A stretch of DNA of 64,000 nucleotides from a virus (Duplodnaviria > Caudoviricetes). The translations under genes and the position numbers were made by a program. Where the stretch lies: the IMG/VR virus record IMGVR_UViG_3300048851_000184, positions 1-64,000 of that record, one strand, 5' to 3'. Below the pieces are notes generated by a model. The model was not told the DNA's origin. It searched no databases and saw nothing but the letters and a program-made list of their open reading frames with translations. Of this stretch, positions 36,653 through 45,166 are shown in pieces; the stretch's first letter is position 1, and every line of letters starts with the position of its first letter.

Positions 36653-36902
36653 AGATTCTCTCCCAGATCGCCACGGCGGCAACCGCGAGGCAGTGGATCC
36701 ACAATCCGGCGCCAGCGATGGCGCACCAGCATACGAGCGCGCGCATGCGGAGCTCGCTCGGGGTGCGCTTCGGCTCGCCCTCCTGCCGCTCCACTCGCAT
36801 CAGCGCGGCGTTCTGGGAGGCGGCCGATGCGCGGACCCGGCCGAGCTCGGCCACGAAGCGGCGGCGCGCGGTGGCCGCCTGGGGCATCTCCGGCGCGATC
36901 AT
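36645..36902 (-). CDS. Membrane microprotein, related C-terminal half
   Basis: LMRVERQE..P..TP and C-terminal TM ending WE. Confidence 0.5.
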   Translation of the reverse strand: MIAPEMPQAATARRRFVAELGRVRASAASQNAALMRVERQEGEPKRTPSELRMRALVCWCAIAGAGLWIHCLAVAAVAIWERICG

Positions 36903-37363
36903 GCGCTGAGCCCCTTTGCGCCGTAGGCGGCCGCCACACGCTCTGCCGCAACCCGGGCCGCAGTCGCCTCCTTGACCTGGCGCGACAACTCAGCGGCCTG
37001 CGCGGTCAGCTCCTGCTCGCGCAACGTGAGGGCATTCACCCGGTCCAGGTGCATGCGGGCGGATTCGCGTGACGGCTTCGCCACGCGACCCGCGCGGCGG
37101 TGGATGTCGTCGTTGATGGCGAGGAGCAGCGCCTCGGCCGTCCAGTCGTTGCCTAATCGGCGGCAGCGCAGCCGGACCTTGCCGAACAGCTCCGCCTTAT
37201 CAGCCTCGAGGGCGATGCGGCGGCGGTCGTTCTCCGGCAGCCTGCTGGCGCGATCGCTCAGGTCGCGGATCTGCAGCGCGGTTGAGCGGAAATCCTCGAT
37301 CGCCTGGATGACGTCGGGATCGGGTTCTTCGGTCTCGTGAAACACGACGGTCGTCGCCTCCAT
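36899..37363 (-). CDS. Hypothetical protein, first gene of leftward early operon
   Basis: Directly downstream of PL-like promoter; coiled-coil C-terminus. Confidence 0.6.
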   Translation of the reverse strand: MEATTVVFHETEEPDPDVIQAIEDFRSTALQIRDLSDRASRLPENDRRRIALEADKAELFGKVRLRCRRLGNDWTAEALLLAINDDIHRRAGRVAKPSRESARMHLDRVNALTLREQELTAQAAELSRQVKEATAARVAAERVAAAYGAKGLSA

Positions 37364-37395
37364 CTGCGCCGCAAAACCGCGCGGCTGATGTAGGC

Positions 37396-37449
37396 AATAT
37401 GTAGGGCGTGCCCTACTAAGTCAAACGATAATCGTAGGGCGTGCCCTAC
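37396..37449 (-). promoter_or_regulatory. PL-like promoter with two operators (OL)
   Basis: GTAGGGCGTGCCCTAC at 37401-37416 and 37434-37449; TTGACT-17-CATATT on minus strand. Confidence 0.75.
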
Positions 37450-37838
37450 TATTCGTCCGGGTAGACCGGGTCAGGCCAGAAGCCGTCGTCCTCGTCACGC
37501 GGGGAAGGCATGCGCTTCTGGGGCAGCAATGGTTCGTCGCCATCGAACGCGGCGCGCACAACCGCGCCGTAGGCCGATTCCTCCTGGAAGGCGGCTATGA
37601 TGTCTCGACCAGAGTTAAGCATTCCACCAATCCACGGCGCGCGCTCGGCCGTCAGGTAGCCGATCTGGATGCCGCGGCAGCTGTAGACTGCTACGGCAAA
37701 TTCATCCGCTGGATTGTCAGGCTCGGGCCGCAGCTCGACCCGTTCACCGGGCGCGCATATCGCGAGTTCAAATCGTCGGCCCGGACCGCGCTTGTTGGGG
37801 TAATCAGCGCCAACGACTGCTAAGGATATCTGGCGCAC
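37449..37838 (-). CDS. Stand-alone HIRAN-domain protein
   Basis: AVVGADY, VELRPEPDNPADEFAVAV, QIGYL motifs. Confidence 0.8.
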   Translation of the reverse strand: MRQISLAVVGADYPNKRGPGRRFELAICAPGERVELRPEPDNPADEFAVAVYSCRGIQIGYLTAERAPWIGGMLNSGRDIIAAFQEESAYGAVVRAAFDGDEPLLPQKRMPSPRDEDDGFWPDPVYPDE

Positions 37839-37849
37839 TCTTCTCGCCC

Positions 37850-38557
37850 TTAGAGGTCCCTCGCAAAACGAATAACCCGACCGCCGATTATCAGTTCGTC
37901 GGCGTCGACTTCGTAGTTGTCGATCGTCGGGTTGTCGGAAATCACGAGCACTCGCCCTCCCTTCAACGGGCGTAGTCGTTTGATCGCGGCACCGCCGTTG
38001 ATTGATACGGCCCACACCCGATCAGCCTGGTTCAGGCGAGTCTGCGTGCTATCGATCCACACAAGGTCGTTGCTGTTGAGCGTTGGGTACATGCTGTCCC
38101 CCACGCCCCGAGCCAGCCGCAGCCGGTGCGGTGGGGTTCGCGTGAAACTACGGACGTAGCCAATGTCGAAAGTAACAGGCTCTTCCTCGATGTAGTCGTC
38201 CACCGTTGCTCCGGGACCCATCGGCAGAGACAGGTCTAGCTTGATGATCGGGACCGTCTCGTTGCCGTCTACCGTCCGAATGTTTGGTTGATCCGGGGCG
38301 TGCCTCGGCGCGCCGTCCTCTCTCGGATGGACAAGGTCAACGAGGTATTCTGGCTCGAATCCGAGCACCTGCTCCATAGCACGTAGGACCTTGGGCCCGG
38401 GCCGTTTCACCTTCCCGCGCTCTACATCCCACAACGGCTTTCCGGTGGTTCCGAGCATCTTCCGCAGTTGCGAATCGAAGTGGTCGCGGGTGTGCGGCGC
38501 GCGGTCGATGGCAGCCGCGAGTGCCGTCTGAAGGGGGCTGCGTTCGTCTGTTGCCAT
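37850..38557 (-). CDS. cI: CI-like repressor with S24 autopeptidase domain
   Basis: GVGDSMYPTL (Ser), AAIKRL (Lys), ISDNP; divergent from cro-like gene. Confidence 0.88.
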   Translation of the reverse strand: MATDERSPLQTALAAAIDRAPHTRDHFDSQLRKMLGTTGKPLWDVERGKVKRPGPKVLRAMEQVLGFEPEYLVDLVHPREDGAPRHAPDQPNIRTVDGNETVPIIKLDLSLPMGPGATVDDYIEEEPVTFDIGYVRSFTRTPPHRLRLARGVGDSMYPTLNSNDLVWIDSTQTRLNQADRVWAVSINGGAAIKRLRPLKGGRVLVISDNPTIDNYEVDADELIIGGRVIRFARDL

Positions 38558-38648
38558 GTAGGCCGTGTCCCACACCGCCGCCGCCCGTGCTATACTAGGG
38601 TTCACCCTACTTATTCCAGTTGACGGTAGGGCGCGCCCTACGTACAGT
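38558..38648. promoter_or_regulatory. OR operators and PR promoter
   Basis: GTAGGGCGCGCCCTAC 38626-38641, CTAGGGTTCACCCTAC 38595-38610, degenerate site 38558-38573; TTGACG(38620)-17-TACAGT(38643). Confidence 0.8.
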
Positions 38649-38655
38649 AGCCCAC

Positions 38656-38859
38656 ATGACGAGCGACACCCTACGCAGCGCGGTCGACGCATTCTTGCAG
38701 CGCACCGGCACGGCAGCTGTCACCTTCGGGCGTGAGGCGATGAACGATCCGCACTTCGTTCGTGATCTTCGCAACGGCCGGCGCGTGTGGCCCGAGACCG
38801 AGGCCAAGGTCCGCAAGTACATGAGCCAGCACCAGTGCGCCGAGCAGGTCGCAGCGTGA
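38656..38859 (+). CDS. Cro-like small HTH protein
   Basis: FGREAMNDPHFVRDLRNGR pattern, first gene after PR. Confidence 0.75.
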   Translation: MTSDTLRSAVDAFLQRTGTAAVTFGREAMNDPHFVRDLRNGRRVWPETEAKVRKYMSQHQCAEQVAA

Positions 38860-38999
38860 CGACGCCCCGCTGCACCACGTGCGACGTGCACGCCGAGCAC
38901 CCCGAGGCGCGCTCCTGCCCATTCGAGCGCTGCCCGCTCAAGCGCGGCCCGGCCGCTGCTGTTTTCACCCCCGTTCATGCCGATCGGAATGCGCGATGA
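38856..38999 (+). CDS. Small Cys-rich protein
   Basis: CTTC...CPFERCP; GTGA/ATGA overlaps. Confidence 0.5.
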   Translation: MTTPRCTTCDVHAEHPEARSCPFERCPLKRGPAAAVFTPVHADRNAR

Positions 39000-39475
39000 T
39001 CGACGAAACTGTCGTTGGTGAAACGACCCCACTTCCACGACCACGGTTGCACGCCAAGCTGATGCACGGCTGGAGCCGCGCGATTGATCGGCTGGGGAAG
39101 GGCGCCTTCTGCGACGCCATCGAGTGCACCGGCCCCGGCGTCGATAAGCAGCTTGCCGGGTCGATGCCCACGCTGGAGGTGATCGACCGCGCGCTGTGTG
39201 TTGCACCCGACGTGCTGGACGACTGGCTGCGCGCGAAGGGCTTGCGGCTGGTCGCCGAGAACGCGGTTTGCGATTCGGACGACCTGCAGCTGGTGCTGGC
39301 ACGTGCGCTGGTGATGCTCAACGAAGCGGAGCACCCCGACAGCCCCGGCGGCCGCACCATCACCCACCAAGAATATCTGACCGGCGAAGCGATGATGCGC
39401 GAGCTGCACGCGGCGACCGGCTCCTGGCTCCAGAAATGCACGAACATTCGCCGACCCACCGTGGTGGCATCCTGA
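38996..39475 (+). CDS. Hypothetical protein in CII position
   Basis: Position and helical composition only. Confidence 0.55.
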   Translation: MIDETVVGETTPLPRPRLHAKLMHGWSRAIDRLGKGAFCDAIECTGPGVDKQLAGSMPTLEVIDRALCVAPDVLDDWLRAKGLRLVAENAVCDSDDLQLVLARALVMLNEAEHPDSPGGRTITHQEYLTGEAMMRELHAATGSWLQKCTNIRRPTVVAS

Positions 39476-39512
39476 GGAACTGAGCGCCGGCACCACCGGC
39501 AGGAGTGACGAC

Positions 39513-40109
39513 ATGGACATGACGAACAGCGCGGGGGCGGCGATGGCCGCTTCCGCGACAGAGAAACCGCGTGCGGTCGGATCGGCAGACGCCGTCCTCG
39601 CCGTGCTGACCGCAGCGGCCGAGGTGGGGGCGCCGTGCCCATCCAACCTTGACCTGTCGCATATGCTCGGCGCGTCCACGCGCGGCGCCGGTGGCGGAGT
39701 GATCCGACGGCTGTTGGACCGCGGCCTCATTAGGGTGGACGGCCGCGGTACGTCCCGGGTGATCACCATCGTCGCGAGCGGCAAGTCCACCGGGGTGACC
39801 GCTCTGAAGGCCTCGCGGGTGACCTCCGGCAAGGCACGCCCGTGGACCGCTGACGAGATCGCGATCGTGGAGCGCGAGGTGCGCGCCGGGAAGAGCGACA
39901 GCGAGATCGGTGCGCTCCTGGGCCGCAACGCGAACAGCGTGTGGTGCCGTGCGAACCCGGTGCGGCGTGATCTGCGCGAGGACGCCCCGCCGGTCGCAGA
40001 GCCCCCCGCGGCCGCGCAGGCCATGTGCCACTATTGCGGCTCACGCATCGCGCCCGACGTCACCATCTCCTGCCGGGCGTGCAAGCCCCTGCGGAGCGCG
40101 GGAGCGTGA
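39513..40109 (+). CDS. Two-HTH protein (winged helix plus Myb/GcrA-like) with C-terminal CxxC pairs
   Basis: PCPSNLDL..MLG, PWTADEIAI...SEIGALLGRN, CHYC/CRAC. Confidence 0.55.
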   Translation: MDMTNSAGAAMAASATEKPRAVGSADAVLAVLTAAAEVGAPCPSNLDLSHMLGASTRGAGGGVIRRLLDRGLIRVDGRGTSRVITIVASGKSTGVTALKASRVTSGKARPWTADEIAIVEREVRAGKSDSEIGALLGRNANSVWCRANPVRRDLREDAPPVAEPPAAAQAMCHYCGSRIAPDVTISCRACKPLRSAGA

Positions 40110-41320
40110 GCGTCCGGATCCTGATCGGGGACGTGCGCGAGCAGCTGGCGAGGCTGCCGGCGGACTCCGTCGATTGCTGCGTCACGTCGCCCCCGTACTG
40201 GGGCCTGCGCGACTACGGCGTCGACGGTCAGATCGGGCTTGAGCCGACGCTGGGCGAGCACCTGGCGGTCATGGTCGACGTGTTCGAGGCGGTGAAGCGC
40301 GTGCTGAAGCCGGAGGGGACGCTCTGGCTCAACTACGGCGACTGCTACGCGACGAAGCCGAGCGGGCGCAGCGCCGCGGATACGAAGGCGGCGGGCAACG
40401 ACGATCGCACGTTCCGCGACAAGCCGTTTTCTACCATCGGGCCGGTCTACGTCGAGATGAGCGATGAGGCCCGCGCGGCGCGCGGCAACAAGATGAGCGG
40501 CGCGACGGATGGTGTCCGTACCGCACCGCCGCCAGCCGGACGCATCGCCGCAGGCGGCATCCTGAAGCCCAAAGACCTGTGCATGATCCCGAACCGGCTG
40601 GCGATCGCGCTGCAGGATGCCGGCTGGTGGGTCCGCTCGGAGATCGTGTGGGGCAAGCCGAACCCGATGCCGGACAGCAGCGGACGCTATCGACCGTCGA
40701 CCGCACACGAGAAGATCTGGCTGCTGACCAAGTCGGCGAAAAGCCACTACGACGCGCTGGCGGTCCGTATGCCGCGCGCGCAGGACGAGAACAGCAACGG
40801 CTATCCCGGGAGCACGGGTGACGGCGTCCGCCGCCGCACGACGGTGGGTAACCAGCGCTACAAGATGCCCGACGGGTGGGATACGAGCGCAGGCGGCCAC
40901 GGCAGCCGCCATCGTGCGGGTCGTGAGGCTGGACAGCGCGACGCAGCAGCCGCTCCGGAGGACGGTCGCCGCTTCCTTCGCAACTATGAGCCCGACCTGT
41001 CCGGCATCATCCCGCCCGAGGTCTGGCAGATCGCGACGGCGCCGTTCAGCGAGGCGCACTTCGCCACATTCCCGCCCGCGCTGGTCGCCCCGTGCATCAT
41101 GGCGGGCTGCCCGGCTGGTGGCGTGGTGCTCGATCCCTTCGGCGGCGCGGGCACTACCGGCCTCGTGGCCGACCGGCTCCAGCGCGACGCGATTCTGATC
41201 GAGCTGAACCCCGAATACGCCGCGATCGCGGAGCGCCGATTGGCATCCGACCGCGGCGCCCTGCTCGACGCGATGGAGGCCGAGAAGCCCCTCCCGTTCC
41301 TTGAAGGAGAAGCAGCATGA
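40106..41320 (+). CDS. Orphan amino-methyltransferase (N4-mC/N6-mA, beta class)
   Basis: VTSPPYWG catalytic motif before VVLDPFGGAGTT SAM-binding motif; HFATFP. Confidence 0.9.
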   Translation: MSVRILIGDVREQLARLPADSVDCCVTSPPYWGLRDYGVDGQIGLEPTLGEHLAVMVDVFEAVKRVLKPEGTLWLNYGDCYATKPSGRSAADTKAAGNDDRTFRDKPFSTIGPVYVEMSDEARAARGNKMSGATDGVRTAPPPAGRIAAGGILKPKDLCMIPNRLAIALQDAGWWVRSEIVWGKPNPMPDSSGRYRPSTAHEKIWLLTKSAKSHYDALAVRMPRAQDENSNGYPGSTGDGVRRRTTVGNQRYKMPDGWDTSAGGHGSRHRAGREAGQRDAAAAPEDGRRFLRNYEPDLSGIIPPEVWQIATAPFSEAHFATFPPALVAPCIMAGCPAGGVVLDPFGGAGTTGLVADRLQRDAILIELNPEYAAIAERRLASDRGALLDAMEAEKPLPFLEGEAA

Positions 41321-42456
41321 CGAGCGTGCAGTTTGAGCGCGTCGCATTGGCGCGCGCGCTTTCGATCGCGTCCAAGGTTGCGGGCTGGGCCGCGCCTGAC
41401 TGGTTCCCCCCGCGCGCCGAGGGCATGAAGGCGATGCCCGGGCCGCCGCTGGTGGAGATCGTCGCGGCTGGAGGTCTCGCGACCATCCGGTCGGCCAACT
41501 TCCAGCGGGAGATCGTGGTCGAGGTGCCCGCCATGGGTGAGTGCCAGGCGATCGTCCCTGCGGCGATGCTCGGCGGCTGGGTGCATCGCGCGACCGGCGC
41601 CACCGTGCACATGCAGCTGACGGACGCTGAGGCGCTGTTCAACTGCGGCCGTCAGCGCATGACGCTCCGTAGTTCGCGGCGCCCCTATGTCCCGGCTCGT
41701 ACGCCCGCCGAGGTGCTGCGCGCACCGCTGTCGAAGGTGCGCAGCGGGTTCTCTGCCACGGTGGCGGTGCCGAAGGAGGGCGGCGACCAGGTCGCCATGG
41801 GCGGGGTGCACATCCGCGGCACCGCCGAGGCCTTGGGCTTCTTCTCGACCGAGCACGGCCGGGCGCACGAGCAGATCGCGCCCGCGGCTGGTGGCGTCGC
41901 GCTGATCGTGCCGATCGAGGCCGTGAAGCTCTTTCTCGTGACGTTCGACGCCATGGAAGGGGAGGTGAGCATCCACGCGGACGGGCGCTCGGTCGCCTTT
42001 GCGGCTGGCGACATCCGCATCACCTCCGCGCTGATCGATGCGTCGCCCCTCAATGCCGAGCAGCAGTTCCGGACGGAGCGGAGCAATGTCCTGCGCGCGA
42101 CTGCCGACACGCTGCTCGCACACATCGAACTGGCGACCACGGTTTCCGACCCCCGACATCGCGAGTTCCAGCTTCGGCTTGGCGCCGCATGCGAGGTCCA
42201 CGCGGCCAGCCAAGGCGGCAAGGACGACGCCACCGTCGCACTGGTGGCGAACTGGCTCGGCTCGCCCATGCGCGTCACCTTCGCGCTCCGCCCCGTGCGC
42301 GACGCGCTCCTGCTGTTCGGCAAGGAGCAGATCGAGTGGCGCATGGCCGGTCCGCTGGAGCCGACTGTCATCTCGTCGGTCGCCCAGCCCGACCTGCGCG
42401 CCCTCGTCGCACCGTTCCTCCCCACCACCGACCAGAAGCAGGCGAAGGCAGCATGA
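41317..42456 (+). CDS. Diverged DNA polymerase III beta-clamp-like protein
   Basis: 379 aa; three-repeat layout, ST.HGR, SALID, F....V.DAL segments recall DnaN. Confidence 0.55.
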   Translation: MTSVQFERVALARALSIASKVAGWAAPDWFPPRAEGMKAMPGPPLVEIVAAGGLATIRSANFQREIVVEVPAMGECQAIVPAAMLGGWVHRATGATVHMQLTDAEALFNCGRQRMTLRSSRRPYVPARTPAEVLRAPLSKVRSGFSATVAVPKEGGDQVAMGGVHIRGTAEALGFFSTEHGRAHEQIAPAAGGVALIVPIEAVKLFLVTFDAMEGEVSIHADGRSVAFAAGDIRITSALIDASPLNAEQQFRTERSNVLRATADTLLAHIELATTVSDPRHREFQLRLGAACEVHAASQGGKDDATVALVANWLGSPMRVTFALRPVRDALLLFGKEQIEWRMAGPLEPTVISSVAQPDLRALVAPFLPTTDQKQAKAA

Positions 42457-42617
42457 ACTTCCGGAAGAAGGGCGACCTGATGGAGCTCGCAACTGCCATC
42501 GAGAACGGCGACAAGGTGGCGGCGCGCGCTGCCCTTGATCGGGTTTTCGCCAGCAACGTCGAAAAGACGGAGTGCATCGCGCAGGCGCGCGCCCTTGCGC
42601 GCCGGCGGACAGCATGA
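42453..42617 (+). CDS. Small hypothetical protein
   Basis: ATGA overlaps. Confidence 0.5.
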   Translation: MNFRKKGDLMELATAIENGDKVAARAALDRVFASNVEKTECIAQARALARRRTA

Positions 42618-42871
42618 GCGAGCCGGAAAAGCGGCACGGCTCGCTGAGCGAGCGCCTGATGCGCGTCACCCTGCTCCAGAAGGCGCAGGAGTTCGTCGGC
42701 CAGGAGCGGCTGGCGGAGGGCATGGGCCTCGCCAGCCGCTCGCTCCGCGCGAAGCTGTCGATCGACCGGGGGCTGAGCGACGCCGACCTGTTGGGCGCCG
42801 CATCTGCGGTCGAGGCGCGCGCGGCCGAACTGACGGCGTTCGCCGCGAAAATCCGGGAGCGGCTGGCGTGA
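42614..42871 (+). CDS. Small HTH-like protein
   Basis: GQERLAEGMGLASRSL segment. Confidence 0.5.
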   Translation: MSEPEKRHGSLSERLMRVTLLQKAQEFVGQERLAEGMGLASRSLRAKLSIDRGLSDADLLGAASAVEARAAELTAFAAKIRERLA

Positions 42872-42893
42872 AGCCGACGAACAGGGATCCCGC

Positions 42894-43259
42894 GTGAAGC
42901 TTCCGCCGCTCCTTGAACGGCCGGTACAGCGCGCGCTGATCGACAGCTTCGCGTGGCAGGGCTGCCATGCCGTGCACGTGCCGAACGGCAGCCACCTCGC
43001 TGGCGGCCCGCTGTCGCGCGCCAAGCAGGTGGCCGCGCTGAAGGCGGACGGCATGCGCCCCGGCTTTCCCGACCTCACGGTGCTCGACCAGCGCAAGCCG
43101 CGCGTCGGCTTCGTCGAGGTGAAGCGGGAAGGGTGGGACGACCTTGATCCCGACCAGGAGTGGTGGCGCGACGAGATCCAGCGGCTGGACCTGCCGTGGG
43201 CGCTTGCGAACCGTCCGGACCAGGCGCCAGAGATCCTGCGCGTGTGGGGGTGGCGATGA
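42894..43259 (+). CDS. VRR-NUC-family nuclease
   Basis: HVPNG, GMRPGFPDL, FVEVK PD-(D/E)XK motifs. Confidence 0.8.
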   Translation: MKLPPLLERPVQRALIDSFAWQGCHAVHVPNGSHLAGGPLSRAKQVAALKADGMRPGFPDLTVLDQRKPRVGFVEVKREGWDDLDPDQEWWRDEIQRLDLPWALANRPDQAPEILRVWGWR

Positions 43260-44026
43260 GCGCGACCTCCTGCGGCTTCGACCTGATCCGGGCCGCCTAT
43301 GCTGCGGCTGGGCTGGACGAGCACGAGCGTGCCGTCCTTGTGCTGCTCGCCTTCATGGCAAACGATGATCGCCAGGCGTGGCCCTCTATCGCCTACATCG
43401 TCGAGAAGACGGGCAAGGGCGAGCGCACCGTTCAACGTGCGATCAAGCGACTGGTGGAGGGTGCACACCTGTCGCGGCGCCAGCGTCGACACGACACCGC
43501 TGTCTATGTTGTGCACCCGCAGGCTATCCCGGAAGCCGTCAACGATCCCAAACCCGTCAGTGGGACGGGCGTCGGACTGACGGGCGTCAGCGGTACGCCC
43601 GTCAGTGAGGACGTTAAGACCCGTCCCACAGACACCCTAATAGCCAAGAACAACCAACCCTCTCCGGATGCTTCGCATCCTGCGAGGTCCCGCAAGGCGC
43701 CAGCGGATCAGCGTGCGCAGCGGCTGGCTGACGATTGGGCACCGGAAGCTTTTCCCCAAGGCAGTGCAGCGGCCGACGCAACCGCCGGTTGGCCGCCGGG
43801 GATGCTCGACCGGGAACTGTCCAAGTTCCGCGACTACTTCCGGGCCCAGCCCGGAGCGAAGGGTCGAAAGACCGACTGGCAAGCAACCTTCCGAAACTGG
43901 GTGATCCGGGCAGATGAGCAGCAGCAACGAAATCGCAGTCCGCGAGGACATTGGTCGGACCGGAGCCGCTATCGCGACCCGCTCCTCGATCGCTATGTTG
44001 GAGGCGGAGATCCCGGCCTGGGTTGA
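43256..44026 (+). CDS. Replication initiator (N-terminal HTH, C-terminal DnaT-like)
   Basis: AWPSIAYI..KTG...RTVQRAI..L; KFRDYF...KTDWQATFRNWV. Confidence 0.8.
   Translation: MSATSCGFDLIRAAYAAAGLDEHERAVLVLLAFMANDDRQAWPSIAYIVEKTGKGERTVQRAIKRLVEGAHLSRRQRRHDTAVYVVHPQAIPEAVNDPKPVSGTGVGLTGVSGTPVSEDVKTRPTDTLIAKNNQPSPDASHPARSRKAPADQRAQRLADDWAPEAFPQGSAAADATAGWPPGMLDRELSKFRDYFRAQPGAKGRKTDWQATFRNWVIRADEQQQRNRSPRGHWSDRSRYRDPLLDRYVGGGDPGLG
43553..43640. repeat. Iteron-like repeats inside initiator gene (candidate origin)
   Basis: CCCGTCAGTG at 43553 and 43598, inverted copy 43576, GACGGGCGTC x2, then A-rich tract. Confidence 0.55.
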
Positions 44027-44576
44027 CCTGGGCGAGCTCGATGCCAGCTTCCCCCACGGCTACGGCCGGCCGATCCCGGCTGGCGCCGCGCCGGCGCTGC
44101 TGATCGCCGCGGAGAAGCACCGGTCCGCGATGGTGCCAGCCGCCCCAGCCGAACGCCACGCCGTGCTGATGGGGCTGCGGTCCGGCACGATCCTCCGAGA
44201 CGAGGATGCGGACGAGGCCGAGGCTACGGTGAAGCTGCTGCGCGTCCACCTCGACGACGTGCCGCTCGACATCCTTCAAGCTGCGTGCCGCGCCTACTGC
44301 AATGCTCCTGGCCGCCGGTTTTTCCCACGCTCGGCTGGTGAACTGCGGACCTTCATCTCGCCGCTGCAGTACCAGCGCCAGGCGCGTGCGGTCCGGCTGG
44401 AGCGGCTGGCAGCCGAGGCGAAGAAGGCCGACGCGAGGCGGGCGGAACTCGAAGGCGACCCGCTGACCCCGGAGGCTATGCGCGAGATCCTCGCTGCCGC
44501 CGGGGAACGCGCCCGGGCTCGGCTGTTGCCGCTGATTCCTAGCGCAGGCTCTCAGCAGCACAGCGAGGCGGCGTGA
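43995..44576 (+). CDS. Hypothetical protein in helicase-loader position
   Basis: DVPLDILQAAC..Y.....RFFP..GEL motif. Confidence 0.6.
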   Translation: MLEAEIPAWVDLGELDASFPHGYGRPIPAGAAPALLIAAEKHRSAMVPAAPAERHAVLMGLRSGTILRDEDADEAEATVKLLRVHLDDVPLDILQAACRAYCNAPGRRFFPRSAGELRTFISPLQYQRQARAVRLERLAAEAKKADARRAELEGDPLTPEAMREILAAAGERARARLLPLIPSAGSQQHSEAA

Positions 44577-45166
44577 TGGGTGGAAGGCCTCCGCGCGGCT
44601 TGGCCGCTGGCGATCCGCGCCCGGAACTCGAGACGGCCGATGGGGTCGGCGGACGGCTGCGCGTCGTCGAGCTGCCGAAGCTCTGTAACAGCCAGGCGGC
44701 GATGACCGCTGCATATCGGGCGTCAATGATCCTGATCGAGCAAGGCTGGATGCGGTACCCGGCCGCGCGTTGGGACCAGCCGGCCATTGCGGTGATGGAC
44801 GGCGCAACCTGCGTAGCCGGCGTCAGCTTCAGTGAGGATCGAGACGAGCGGGCGTTCAGTGTGGACTTTGCCTTCTCGGACCCGGCCCATCCGGTTGCGT
44901 TCACGCTCCTCCTTCAGCGCATCCGGAGCAAGGTGGTGGGCGGTGACTTCGACGAGGTCCGGTTCGCTTGCCACGAAGGCAACGAGCCGATGCGCCGGGC
45001 TGTCAACATCCTGGGCGCCCGGGTCTTCAGCCACAGCTATCGGATGCCGGTGGCGGCCTTGTCGCGGTCCTCGCGCCCGCCGCCGCCCGTGGCACAGAGG
45101 TCTGCCCCAGGGGAGTGGGACGTGCGGGGCGAGGCGGATCAACGTAACAAGCGGGGGTGGAAGTGA
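44576..45166 (+). CDS. Putative GNAT-fold protein
   Basis: Beta-strand pattern plus HEGNEPMRRAVNILG resembling GNAT motif B. Confidence 0.4.
   Translation: MGGRPPRGLAAGDPRPELETADGVGGRLRVVELPKLCNSQAAMTAAYRASMILIEQGWMRYPAARWDQPAIAVMDGATCVAGVSFSEDRDERAFSVDFAFSDPAHPVAFTLLLQRIRSKVVGGDFDEVRFACHEGNEPMRRAVNILGARVFSHSYRMPVAALSRSSRPPPPVAQRSAPGEWDVRGEADQRNKRGWK

Noticed and set aside
40106-41320. Restriction-modification system
   Set aside because: No adjacent restriction endonuclease; orphan methyltransferases are ordinary in temperate phages and the VRR-NUC gene belongs to the replication module
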